Below are positions 15,070 through 25,150 of a stretch of 64,000 nt of DNA, in pieces; position 1 is the stretch's first letter; each line of letters starts with the position of its first letter. Made by a program: the position numbers and the translations under genes. Source of the DNA: a virus; the IMG/VR virus record IMGVR_UViG_3300037461_000748, positions 32,001 through 96,000 of that record, one strand, 5' to 3'. The notes under the pieces were generated by a model. The model saw only the letters and a list, made by a program, of their open reading frames with translations, had not been told where the DNA came from and ran no database searches.

Positions 15070-17844
15070 TTAACTATAAGCGTTAAATTCACTTTCGCCA
15101 ATGAACTCTAAAGTCACACCATAAACATTGTAAGCTGAAACTCTATCATTATTTGAGTACGTAATAACCAAATTTGTAGACGACGTCTCTGACAATGAGA
15201 TTAGGCCCATGCAGGTTCCACCTAGTTTTTTATTTTTAATAAATCCAACAAAGCCAGTAGCTCCAACGTCTTCATAATATAACTGTTCATACACAGTTAC
15301 TCCACCAATTTTTCCTTGAACATTTATTCTCTTAGGATCAGTAGTAGTGGTATCAGTTAATAGCTGCCATGACCACATTAATCGGTAAATTCCAGACTGT
15401 GGAACTCTGATAGTTTCATTGATTCCAGTAACAGTAATGTTTTGGCCAGCATAGCTCTTGCTGAATACTAAATACGGTACTGGACACCATTGCGGATTAC
15501 TCTGCGCATTATCAACTTGAGATTGCTTTCCAGCTTCAAACCAATAACCAGCTTTAAAGTTGTGAGCGTAAGCATATCCATCAGGATTAGCAAACATCTC
15601 GACACGCCTTGTAGAGCCATCTGGATCCACTCCTGCTACAATCTGCGCCGCTGCCGTTGCTCCACGGTATATTGCTAATCCAACACCTGATACCGTAGGA
15701 ATAATTGATTTAAAAGCAGGAGTACTTGCTGCATAGCCAGCTGCAAATTGTGCGGTGTACGTACTTTTTCCGGTAATACCACCTTGAGTTTCAATGGAGG
15801 TATCAGACCCATTTGAAACGTCTAACGTGTTACATGTTAATATTCCTGAAGCAGTGATAGCTCCTTCAGAATACATATTACCAGTAGATCTAATATCTCC
15901 ATTAACGTCAAGTTCCCAAGACAATGTAGGATTTTTCTTTATACCTACGTTACCATTTTGATCGATTCTGATTCCAGGATCTGCCCATGTGATAGCCCCA
16001 CCAGCTGAGCCATATCCAGCCGTAGCAATACTAAAATATCCAGAGGCCAATGGAGCATCTAACCCTATTCTGACGGCTCCTACGTGGCTACCAGTCGTAT
16101 TCTTAGAATACTTCCAGCCAGACGAAAAATAAGAATTAATGTTCATGGACGACATGTCATTAATCTTAAAGTGGAACGGTAAATAGTCTTCGTTATAAAT
16201 ATTAAAAATTTCTCTACCAACATTACCAGCTACATCACCGGTGTTTACAGCTGTTCTATCGTTATCTACTAATAACCTGGTATATAAAGCTGTAGGATCA
16301 TTAGATTTACCTTGTTGAAGGTATAATGCTTTATGATTCGAAGTGTCCCCCGTTATTTGTAAATAAAGGGGTTTCTGATAAGTAGTTGGCGACCCTGTAA
16401 TGAAATAATTAGCACTATTAGTCTCTGAAAATTTAAAGTAATTATCATGACTGCTTTTATTAATAAATTTTATATCTCCATTTACAGCAAACCTTTCTGT
16501 TACTCCCGTAGGAAATCCTTGACCAACATGTAAGTATCCAGCTCTTCTCAACCACACGCTGTCAGTTCCTGCATAACTTTTGAAGGTTATACCGGATGAT
16601 ACCGTTGGTTGAATGATATCAAAGTATGACGTAGCACCAGCACCTAATGTGAGGTCTCCATTAACAGTTAATTCCTCTACAGTAGTTAATCCTGATATAC
16701 TCATAGTCCCTGCAACGTTGGTGTTTCCAGAAGTATCTACTAAAAATTTGTCAGTATTAACTTGAATTCCACCATCTAATGCAGCTAATCCACTAGCGAC
16801 GATGCCACTCATTATTACAAGTTCTTCAGTAATCAATTGGCTACCGTTTACTTTAACGTCGTAATTATCATCAGCTACCCCACATAAACCTATGTTCTGA
16901 TTGATATTAGCATCAAATACTTGAACGCCAGATAATGATATTCTAACTGAACCTGAAGTGTTTAGAATTCTAGAAGTAGCTCCATTCATATAGATAGTAG
17001 TGCTGTCTATTCCAATTCCTGGACCAGATCCTACGTGTAAATTATATGATGGGGATGTATTATTAATTCCAAATTTTTTACTAGTTTGTAATGTCAATGA
17101 GTCGGTATCAGCCGCATCATCTATGAAGAATACTGCGTCATCTGATGCGTCGAGAGGCCCCCGGTGACCTATAATAAAGTCATCGGTATTAGTTCTTTTC
17201 ATAAACCAGTAATCAGTGTCATCGTCATTTACTAACTTATATGATAATCCAGCAGTTCCTTCGTTTTTTAATGTGCAAACTATTGGGTTAACATTGTCTG
17301 TTCCAGCTGCGTGTATCTTATCCGTGGCCAAACTGGCATGGGTGCCAACTGATAAACCAGTTCTTATTAATCCATATCCGTTTACATCAAATGTATAACC
17401 AGTAGTTACCCCAGAAACTGCTACAGCCATTGTCTGAGTTCCACGATTTATAACTGTATGTTCCGGATGTCTTAGATAAATCTTTCCACCAGACACAAGT
17501 GATTCTAGGCCATTAGTTCCTAATATATGTAATTCATAAATACTAGACTCATCTACATCAGCCGCAGTATAACCGGTATCAGCGTGTATTTCAAATAAAT
17601 CGTCTTTTACATCTAATCTAGACACTTGAATCACGTTATTTTTTGATCCGCTAATATTATCTGATATTAAAGTCTTATTAGTCATTTCCTTGGTATTAGT
17701 TGTACCAATGGGGTCTCCGATGCCTGATAATAAAGCTGCTGTCTCATCGGTAGATTCCTGTAAATTACTAAGACTCGTGTTAATTTTTAGTCTGCCAGAA
17801 TTAGGGGTATCATTTACCTCAATAGTATATATAGCAGTTGACAT
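15070..17844 (-). CDS. Tail fibre protein
   Basis: 924 aa with fibre motifs (FGINNTSPSYNLHV, GNVGIKKNPTLSWELDVNG). Confidence 0.8.
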   Translation of the reverse strand: MSTAIYTIEVNDTPNSGRLKINTSLSNLQESTDETAALLSGIGDPIGTTNTKEMTNKTLISDNISGSKNNVIQVSRLDVKDDLFEIHADTGYTAADVDESSIYELHILGTNGLESLVSGGKIYLRHPEHTVINRGTQTMAVAVSGVTTGYTFDVNGYGLIRTGLSVGTHASLATDKIHAAGTDNVNPIVCTLKNEGTAGLSYKLVNDDDTDYWFMKRTNTDDFIIGHRGPLDASDDAVFFIDDAADTDSLTLQTSKKFGINNTSPSYNLHVGSGPGIGIDSTTIYMNGATSRILNTSGSVRISLSGVQVFDANINQNIGLCGVADDNYDVKVNGSQLITEELVIMSGIVASGLAALDGGIQVNTDKFLVDTSGNTNVAGTMSISGLTTVEELTVNGDLTLGAGATSYFDIIQPTVSSGITFKSYAGTDSVWLRRAGYLHVGQGFPTGVTERFAVNGDIKFINKSSHDNYFKFSETNSANYFITGSPTTYQKPLYLQITGDTSNHKALYLQQGKSNDPTALYTRLLVDNDRTAVNTGDVAGNVGREIFNIYNEDYLPFHFKINDMSSMNINSYFSSGWKYSKNTTGSHVGAVRIGLDAPLASGYFSIATAGYGSAGGAITWADPGIRIDQNGNVGIKKNPTLSWELDVNGDIRSTGNMYSEGAITASGILTCNTLDVSNGSDTSIETQGGITGKSTYTAQFAAGYAASTPAFKSIIPTVSGVGLAIYRGATAAAQIVAGVDPDGSTRRVEMFANPDGYAYAHNFKAGYWFEAGKQSQVDNAQSNPQWCPVPYLVFSKSYAGQNITVTGINETIRVPQSGIYRLMWSWQLLTDTTTTDPKRINVQGKIGGVTVYEQLYYEDVGATGFVGFIKNKKLGGTCMGLISLSETSSTNLVITYSNNDRVSAYNVYGVTLEFIGESEFNAYS

Positions 17845-17871
17845 TATAAGTTACTCCATAAATTAAAATAT

Positions 17872-19485
17872 TTATACAGGTACCCACTCACTATCAGGAT
17901 AATAGCTAAATGGAAGATCTGCATCACCTAAGTAAAACTCCTCTCCGCTCCAATGTACGAATTTAAATTGTTCTCCTGATAGTGAATACACGGGTATACT
18001 ATTAATACCAGAAACAATATTATCCGAATCTGCTGTTTCAAATTTAAAATTAAACATAGTCTCTACTGGCGGAGTAGGAAGCACTCCAGAACACACTATG
18101 CTAGTTTTATAAGATAGTGCTGGATTCATGTCTAGTCCACTAACAGAAAAGTCGTAATTCACACCAGCTATCACCCTCATTCCTAAGAAGGACCAATTAT
18201 AAGTTAATATATCATCCTCGGGATCTGTTACTACGGCTGATAATAAAGCAGTATCTCCGGGATTATAAAAATCTTTATCATTATCCCAATTTTCAATGAT
18301 AGGCGGTAAATTAACAAATCTTGCTCTTAATCCAGCCGGTATGTAATTATTTAAAAATTTATCAAAAACATCGTTACTATAGCTATCCGAGTAAAGTCTA
18401 TTACTTCTGCGAAGCATCAATGTGTGATAAGGTTCTTCTGGGTTTAGATAATCTCCATAGTCGTCCTGAACAAGAAATTTTACTCCAACATTTTGCATTT
18501 TAATATCATTAATATAACATACACCATTAACTTGCGGAGTAAAAATTATTTTAATTTTCTGTAATTGGAACTGTTCTCTTAATTCCCCATCATTGGTATA
18601 TATTTCAGTAGAGATTCCCGATCCTACGTAGACTACATCTCCATTATAAAGTTTTCCAGAAGAAGTTTGCCAAAGATTTGTTACTCCAGTAGTTATTTCC
18701 CCTGATCTGCTACCACCAATTGAATTGGTAGTAATGATTGGTATATGCTCACTAAAATGTCTATTATAGACATTGAAAGTGTAAGTTTCTCCTCTTTTTA
18801 ATATTCCATCTAAGCCTTCTACTATTGTAGGAGGGGTATAAAATCTTTCTTCTACGACGCCTAATATTGTGCCACGCCCTTGGTCATCTAACATAGTGAC
18901 ATTGACTGGACTATCAAGGTTCATGTAAAAGCTTTTGTAATAGCCTACGTTGGCATCTGATATAAGTGGAACTGATATTGTTTTAGAAATCTCTCCTGGT
19001 GCAAAGGATAATATTCCACTGACTGCATTGTAATGAGCAGGAGCCCCAGATGTAGCTGTACCGTCCTCAGTAACGTAATTTACTGTGACAGTTTTAAACG
19101 TATTATGAGATAAAGAAACTGTAAATATTAATGGGCCGGCTGATCTATGACAAGCGACATCATTAATAGAAATATATACTAAGGAAGTGGAGTATAATAT
19201 ATAATTATAATGGCCCGCTGGGTCTCCATCTAAATATAAAGATCTTCCATAACCATCCCCTACGCTGTAAGAATCATAGACCGGCTCACCATCTACGAAG
19301 TCAGTGCTGGCGTCGAAACAAAAGATATGCGTATCCACGTAGTTTTGTAATTCTGCTGCAAAAACTAAGTCACCTTGTGTACTAACAGCAATTCCATCAA
19401 TTGTTGTTCCTACGTTTGCACTATCAGCAATTACATTTCCGGTCGCAGCGTCTATTTGCCGAACCTTATAAGCCACTCCTGGCAT
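17872..19485 (-). CDS. Chimeric virion protein: propeller fragment + Calx-beta + baseplate-wedge-like C-terminal part
   Basis: Calx-beta FTVSLS..VTVNYVTEDGTA..LSFAPGEISKTISV; wedge-type FLNNYIPAG motif; Ig/PKD-like tail. Confidence 0.6.
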   Translation of the reverse strand: MPGVAYKVRQIDAATGNVIADSANVGTTIDGIAVSTQGDLVFAAELQNYVDTHIFCFDASTDFVDGEPVYDSYSVGDGYGRSLYLDGDPAGHYNYILYSTSLVYISINDVACHRSAGPLIFTVSLSHNTFKTVTVNYVTEDGTATSGAPAHYNAVSGILSFAPGEISKTISVPLISDANVGYYKSFYMNLDSPVNVTMLDDQGRGTILGVVEERFYTPPTIVEGLDGILKRGETYTFNVYNRHFSEHIPIITTNSIGGSRSGEITTGVTNLWQTSSGKLYNGDVVYVGSGISTEIYTNDGELREQFQLQKIKIIFTPQVNGVCYINDIKMQNVGVKFLVQDDYGDYLNPEEPYHTLMLRRSNRLYSDSYSNDVFDKFLNNYIPAGLRARFVNLPPIIENWDNDKDFYNPGDTALLSAVVTDPEDDILTYNWSFLGMRVIAGVNYDFSVSGLDMNPALSYKTSIVCSGVLPTPPVETMFNFKFETADSDNIVSGINSIPVYSLSGEQFKFVHWSGEEFYLGDADLPFSYYPDSEWVPV

Positions 19486-19503
19486 AGTTAATAACCTCTA
19501 TAA

Positions 19504-20649
19504 TTATACAGTTACTGTAAAATAAATTTTTATTACCATTCCTTCGTTATCTAATAAAGTAACTCCGGGAGATATAGGATATCGGAACATCATTATCGGA
19601 TTAGTTCCATCTTGATATCCATATAATCCAGTTTCTCTTATAGTAATTGGACTTCCAGAAAAATTAAAAAATCCTCTTTGTACAAAAAAACTAGCAGTAT
19701 TACCAGATGTATTAATAGATGAAGTTGTTCCTCCCGTATGCCATAGCTGTCCGGCAGATGTTCCAGCATTAATTTGGCTTTTTAATGCATAGTCATCCCA
19801 ATCCGCCGCAGTATCATCGGTACCAACTACTAATCCATACACCGAACTTACATTACCTGCTGAATAATATCCAGCATTGCCCATATTAGGATATGACTCC
19901 ATAGTTTCTATGGCTCCACCAGTATCAATCAATTGAACCGATGTGTTGTCCGTAAACATCCCATACATCCATTTAATGTAATTCTTAGTAATTCCACTAG
20001 TCTCCGTGATAAGGTGTTTAATAGTAACTGTAGAGGAACCTCCATTTGTAACTATGTGCCCGATGCCTACGTCTCTTGATAATATACCATAATAAGTAGC
20101 TCCATACGGATACCACCAATAATTAGCTAATGCTAATTCCTCAATGGTAATATCTCCTCCCGAGGAATTAGTGAATTGCCTAGTAATATCAACACTGTAA
20201 TAAATTCCAGACACAGTAGGTGAATTTACAGTAGTAGCTCCATATGATAATTGTCCGGCACCAGTTCCATGCCCTATCAATGCCCCTAAGTGATAATTGT
20301 CAATGGCTAATGGATATATTGTTCCATCATCTGTTCCAACCATGGGTCCTCTAGTAACGGTTCCTGCCGGTCCAGTGGCTCTAAGAAATGCAGGATCACT
20401 GGTGGTCTCTGTAGTTCCATCGTACTCTATCCAATCTCCAGACGCTGCATTGCTCTTTGACATAGCAGCTACTCCTGCTATGTAGTTCCTTAATAAACTT
20501 TTCATAGGAAACTCATTGACATTCTTACCATCGTCGATGACAATTATGTCTTCGCAATCGTTCTTACAATTTATCTTAGTTACTCCCTTTGTAAGAGAGT
20601 CAGGATAAAAAGTTTCAATTTCAATGATATTATTAAGCCCATGTTTCAT
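19504..20649 (-). CDS. Virion structural protein, internally duplicated (paralogue of 20646-21836)
   Basis: Two copies of G..VGTDD...Y.L...I..GT.AGQL...F.N.SG..ITI.E. Confidence 0.65.
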   Translation of the reverse strand: MKHGLNNIIEIETFYPDSLTKGVTKINCKNDCEDIIVIDDGKNVNEFPMKSLLRNYIAGVAAMSKSNAASGDWIEYDGTTETTSDPAFLRATGPAGTVTRGPMVGTDDGTIYPLAIDNYHLGALIGHGTGAGQLSYGATTVNSPTVSGIYYSVDITRQFTNSSGGDITIEELALANYWWYPYGATYYGILSRDVGIGHIVTNGGSSTVTIKHLITETSGITKNYIKWMYGMFTDNTSVQLIDTGGAIETMESYPNMGNAGYYSAGNVSSVYGLVVGTDDTAADWDDYALKSQINAGTSAGQLWHTGGTTSSINTSGNTASFFVQRGFFNFSGSPITIRETGLYGYQDGTNPIMMFRYPISPGVTLLDNEGMVIKIYFTVTV

Positions 20650-21836
20650 GCTGAGGTCACCGCATACGTAATACTTGGTTTAATACTTTCTCCTGGTAAT
20701 ACATTAAGAGTACCTGTAATCCATCTTCCAATCATTACTTGATAGGTTGAGCCTTTAGCATACCAGGCCATCTCTTCTACTGCGATGGCTCCCCCCGAAT
20801 TATTAGTAAACGGTCTTGCACATTTAAAAGACGTGGTTTGTCCAGTAGTACCTAACCAGGTTATTTCAGATAAACCATGTGACATTTGTCCCGCCCCGGT
20901 ACCATGATTTATGCTACTTTGCAATCTGTAATGTGAAATATCTAACGCAGCATTACTGGTCCCTATCTTTAATCCCCAGGTATTTTCTGCTGCACCAGCA
21001 TCAGCCTCTAACCAATACTGGAAAGTGGTACTACCCATGCCTGATCTACTTGCTCCGCTGGTATCAGTATAGCTTTCAGAGGAATCATTTCTGAAACTAG
21101 CTTGTAGCGCTCTAATGTAATTATGAGTAAATCCCGACGCTTCTGAAAATTTTACATTATAAGTCACATTGACACAAGTATTATTTAATACAGGAATATT
21201 AATTGGATTTCCACCCGCGTCAGTTAAATCTCTTGCGTACAACCATCCCCAAGAGGCACCATACCATCCAACTAATCCAACTTCTTTAACTGTAATAGTA
21301 CCTCCGGAATGGTTAGTGCATAGTCTAAAAAGTGTAATAGTATCTTCCGAAGCTCCCTCTGTGAAAGATACAAAGTCGGAAGTACCATACTCCATAGTCC
21401 CTGATGTATTTCCATGGTCAATTATGGCGCCCAATGCATAATTATTATAGCCCATCGGTGTAATAGATCCATCATCAGTACCAAGTACTATGCCCTTATT
21501 ATCATATGACGCCCCATAACTATGTTCAAGGTCTATCGCACAAGATCCCGGATTTACTCCTATATGGCTCCCAGTAATATCATAAAAAGTATTAGTAGTG
21601 GGAAGCGCATTTTTCATATTAGAATAGTGATATGACACCCAATTTCTAGTAAAACTTCTTATAGGAAATATATCATCAGTTATTACAGTTCCTGCTTTTG
21701 ACTTAGTCTGAACGCAGATATTACTGTCAGCATCGTTTGCTGCATTAACATAGTGGACTTTTTTTAGATTTCCATTTATGTCATAGTGCTCAACCATGGG
21801 TTGAACATAAAAATTATGTGGTGATAGCATTTTCAT
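20646..21836 (-). CDS. Virion structural protein, internally duplicated (paralogue of 19504-20649)
   Basis: Same duplicated motif set as 19504-20649. Confidence 0.65.
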   Translation of the reverse strand: MKMLSPHNFYVQPMVEHYDINGNLKKVHYVNAANDADSNICVQTKSKAGTVITDDIFPIRSFTRNWVSYHYSNMKNALPTTNTFYDITGSHIGVNPGSCAIDLEHSYGASYDNKGIVLGTDDGSITPMGYNNYALGAIIDHGNTSGTMEYGTSDFVSFTEGASEDTITLFRLCTNHSGGTITVKEVGLVGWYGASWGWLYARDLTDAGGNPINIPVLNNTCVNVTYNVKFSEASGFTHNYIRALQASFRNDSSESYTDTSGASRSGMGSTTFQYWLEADAGAAENTWGLKIGTSNAALDISHYRLQSSINHGTGAGQMSHGLSEITWLGTTGQTTSFKCARPFTNNSGGAIAVEEMAWYAKGSTYQVMIGRWITGTLNVLPGESIKPSITYAVTSA

Positions 21837-21865
21837 ATACCTTTAATATAGTTAATTTTTATTAA

Positions 21866-24800
21866 TTATGCAAATGAATAAGTAGCTGTTATCGATGCTA
21901 CTAATCCACTATAAATTATTCCTGATGATATCATGGCTTCCTCTGTTAGTCCTGAACCAATTGTGATAACAGCAGGCAATATTGACGAAACTCCTGTGAT
22001 AATTCCTGATATAGGTATAGACTCTGATATTCCTGATCCTATCACGATGTTAGTATTAGTCATATCAACTGCGCCCGCAACTATGTCTGTTACGACTTCT
22101 GTAATTCTATCATTTAGCACGATGTACTCATTATAAGCTACATAGTCTTGTCCCCCTTGATCAGAGTTTAATGGAGCATATGATCGATACGTAGGAACAA
22201 AAGTATATCCGGACATCGATGGGATAATTACGTAGTTGTCTTCACTTAGACCAGTGAATGAATAATATCCCGACGCATTAGTCAATGCCTCAGTACTAGT
22301 TCCTGATATAGTTAAAGTTACTCCTTCGAGTTCTCCTCCAAAGTCAGTGACCTGTCCTGATATATTATAAGTAGTTAACTGTGTGCCATAATAGTCTTGT
22401 CCCCCTTGATCAGAGTTTAATGGAGCATATGATCGATACGTAGGAACAAAAGTATATCCGGACATCGATGGAATTACATTGTAATCTCCAAGAGTTAAAC
22501 CAGTGAACGAATAATATCCTGATGCATTGGTTAGTGCTTCAGTGGCAGTTCCTGATATGGTTAATGTCGTGCCCGCTAAGGCTCCATTATTATCTGTAAC
22601 TTGTCCTGATATATTATAAGTTGCTAACAGATAAGCTACGTAGTCCTGGCTACTTTGATCTGTACTAAGTGGATTATAAGACTGATAAGAGGGAACAAAT
22701 GAATATCCCAATTTTGACGGAATAACACTATAAATACCAGACTCTAATCCAGTAAATGAATAATAACCAGATATATTTGTTACATCAATATTAGAGGTTC
22801 CTGAAATAGTCATAGTTACACCATCGACAGGAGCTCCTCCATAATTATTTGTTACTTGTCCCGATATATCGTAAGTTTCTACTGTATGGACAGTAAAGAT
22901 AGAATTTAAGTTTGCGTTGTAAGCTAATAAGTCTCCTCCAAGGGTCGACCATTGTAAAGTTCCATCTACGACGCTATACTTTTTTACGTAGCGATCTGTA
23001 GCGCCAGCCGTTACATAGGCATTCCCATCCCCATCAATGGCTAAATCAACATAAAATTCTCCTATTACTGTTGACCACATCGGATCCCCACCGTCCAAGT
23101 CTTCTATATTAAAACAAGCCACTCTGTAATCATCAGAATAGCCTAATACTATCATCATCGTACTATCACAAAAGGGAAGAGCCTTGTAATAAGAAGGGCT
23201 GGTAACTGCTGATTTTCTATTATAAGTAGTGTAAGAACTTAAGTCCGAGCTGTATTTATAAATTTTAGTTGCATCGGAACTATTACACCATAGATAGCCA
23301 AAGTTATCTACACAAAATAATCTACCAACATCGTTGGCTAAGACACTATGAGTTTCTAAACTAGTTGATAATACTCTTTTTTTTAAATATCCACCTTGTT
23401 TAACATAAAAGCAATCATTATAATAGTTTACTGCAATGCTCCAAGGAAAATCTAGAGATTTATTAACTTCATATGCTAGGTCTAAATCACCATCAAGACA
23501 GCGATAATCCTGATATCCTGAGGGGGCATTATTATAGAACATCGTAGTAAAATCAGTAAATGCTGGTGCAGGGTCGTCATTTAGTATAGTTCCAGTTCCA
23601 GTGTCTACTGATATAATAGCATTTACAGGATTACTTAACGTAACGAAAAAAGTCTTATCATCTTCAAACAGAGCATTTGGAATAATTGTAATGTCTATGT
23701 CGTAGTTGTACACCCCAGAAACAAAGGACAATGTACCACTAGCTGCTACATAGTCCGTGGAGGCAATTGCTGTCCCATCACTAGTTTGATAATCTACTGA
23801 TACAGTTCCATCACTTACACCTGATAATACTACTGGAAAACTTATTACACTGGCAGACTCATCATCACTTGAATCACCGACTGAGAGATAATTAGTTATA
23901 TCATCTTCTCCGACTATAAGATTATTTATGTGACCAGCTGGATCGCCAAATCCAGAAAAATAAATAGAGGCTCCAGGTTGCAGTGCACTATCGATGTAAC
24001 TTTCATCCTCTCCCCAATCACTACTAATATCAAAAGCATATACATATGGATTGCTTCCAGTACAACCAACAACCAATGTATCTGAATCACAAATAATAAT
24101 AGAATTTCCCAAATCTGCTGGTAATTCAATCGTTTTTCCAATATAATTACCTGTGGCAGCATCATACTGCCAAACTCTCTGAGTATCCTCAAAATCGATA
24201 ATATATATAGAGTCTGTTTCTGATGAGTATGCTGCAAATATTGAAAAACAACCCTCTTTACCAGTATTTGACCATACAACGGAACCATCTACTCCTGACA
24301 GTTTAGCCAGAACACCGTTATAATCACCGGAGATGTTTCCTGAAATATACAGATTCCCGTTGGTATCATCATCAATCGTATAGGTTTGAAGATCAGCCAC
24401 AATATCAGCGCAATCAATAATCCACAGCGGTGAATCTAATAAGCCAGACTCACTGAGGGTAAACTTTGCTAATTTACTGGTCGTTCCCGAAATAAGCAAA
24501 TAAATATAATTACCGTCTCGTGATGATTTTGCTAGAGTTATAACTTCCCCTGGCTCAAAAGCAGCATCTAAAGCCCAATCATTTCTAACTGTCAGTTCTT
24601 TATTCCAACGATAAATAGATCGCTGCGCATAAACCCACCCATAAAGATAATTACCATCAAACAATAATGGATTTACACCGTAAAAATCAGGATCAATATC
24701 AACGACTGAAGTAGACGAAATTATTACGCCCGATTTTGTTTTATTGTATAAAATCTGACTCTCAACTACAAAAAAAGACTCATCACTTCTATCTACAGCA

Positions 24801-24907
24801 AAATAATAACCAGTTTTTGTCTGTGTATATAATACATCTAAATTAGAGTCCCGGACTCCGTAATAACCATTTTTGTATCCACGTACAAAAAATGTAAAAT
24901 CAGCCAT
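21866..24907 (-). CDS. Adhesin-like virion protein: beta-propeller, Calx-beta, partial propeller, three carboxypeptidase-regulatory-like repeats
   Basis: Calx-beta VSVDYQTSDGTAIASTDY..GTLSF..FEDDKTFFVTLSNP; three Y.ISGQVT...GYYSFTGL..Y.V.PS..GY.FVP repeats. Confidence 0.75.
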   Translation of the reverse strand: MADFTFFVRGYKNGYYGVRDSNLDVLYTQTKTGYYFAVDRSDESFFVVESQILYNKTKSGVIISSTSVVDIDPDFYGVNPLLFDGNYLYGWVYAQRSIYRWNKELTVRNDWALDAAFEPGEVITLAKSSRDGNYIYLLISGTTSKLAKFTLSESGLLDSPLWIIDCADIVADLQTYTIDDDTNGNLYISGNISGDYNGVLAKLSGVDGSVVWSNTGKEGCFSIFAAYSSETDSIYIIDFEDTQRVWQYDAATGNYIGKTIELPADLGNSIIICDSDTLVVGCTGSNPYVYAFDISSDWGEDESYIDSALQPGASIYFSGFGDPAGHINNLIVGEDDITNYLSVGDSSDDESASVISFPVVLSGVSDGTVSVDYQTSDGTAIASTDYVAASGTLSFVSGVYNYDIDITIIPNALFEDDKTFFVTLSNPVNAIISVDTGTGTILNDDPAPAFTDFTTMFYNNAPSGYQDYRCLDGDLDLAYEVNKSLDFPWSIAVNYYNDCFYVKQGGYLKKRVLSTSLETHSVLANDVGRLFCVDNFGYLWCNSSDATKIYKYSSDLSSYTTYNRKSAVTSPSYYKALPFCDSTMMIVLGYSDDYRVACFNIEDLDGGDPMWSTVIGEFYVDLAIDGDGNAYVTAGATDRYVKKYSVVDGTLQWSTLGGDLLAYNANLNSIFTVHTVETYDISGQVTNNYGGAPVDGVTMTISGTSNIDVTNISGYYSFTGLESGIYSVIPSKLGYSFVPSYQSYNPLSTDQSSQDYVAYLLATYNISGQVTDNNGALAGTTLTISGTATEALTNASGYYSFTGLTLGDYNVIPSMSGYTFVPTYRSYAPLNSDQGGQDYYGTQLTTYNISGQVTDFGGELEGVTLTISGTSTEALTNASGYYSFTGLSEDNYVIIPSMSGYTFVPTYRSYAPLNSDQGGQDYVAYNEYIVLNDRITEVVTDIVAGAVDMTNTNIVIGSGISESIPISGIITGVSSILPAVITIGSGLTEEAMISSGIIYSGLVASITATYSFA
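22142..22880 (-). repeat. Three ~249-bp coding tandem repeats
   Basis: 22142-22222 is identical to 22391-22471 (81 nt); the third copy is more diverged. Confidence 0.85.
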
Positions 24908-24964
24908 AATACTTGACCTAACCTATTAAATTGTACTTCCTTATCAATTTTTAATGAAATAATA

Positions 24965-25150
24965 TTAAACTGTCGTTACTTTGTAAGTAACTGATACTTC
25001 TATTGAATCCAAAGCTTCAACGTCAATTCCAGTAATTCCATTAATTAAAGTTCTAGACACCATTCCCCTAGTAGAACTAGTTGGAGAATTTGAGTTACCG
25101 CATGTATACATTCCTAACTCCTTAGGAGTGATGGTTCCTCCAGAATTATT
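24965..25150 (-). pseudogene. C-terminal fragment of a third paralogue of the 19504/20646 family
   Basis: NNSGGTITPKELGMY...VSVTYKVTTV matches only the last ~60 aa of the two paralogues; it abuts the stop of the upstream wedge gene. Confidence 0.55.

Noticed and set aside
22142-22880. Diversity-generating retroelement TR/VR pair
   Set aside because: The repeats are in-frame tandem domains, the differences are not adenine-specific, and there is no RT.
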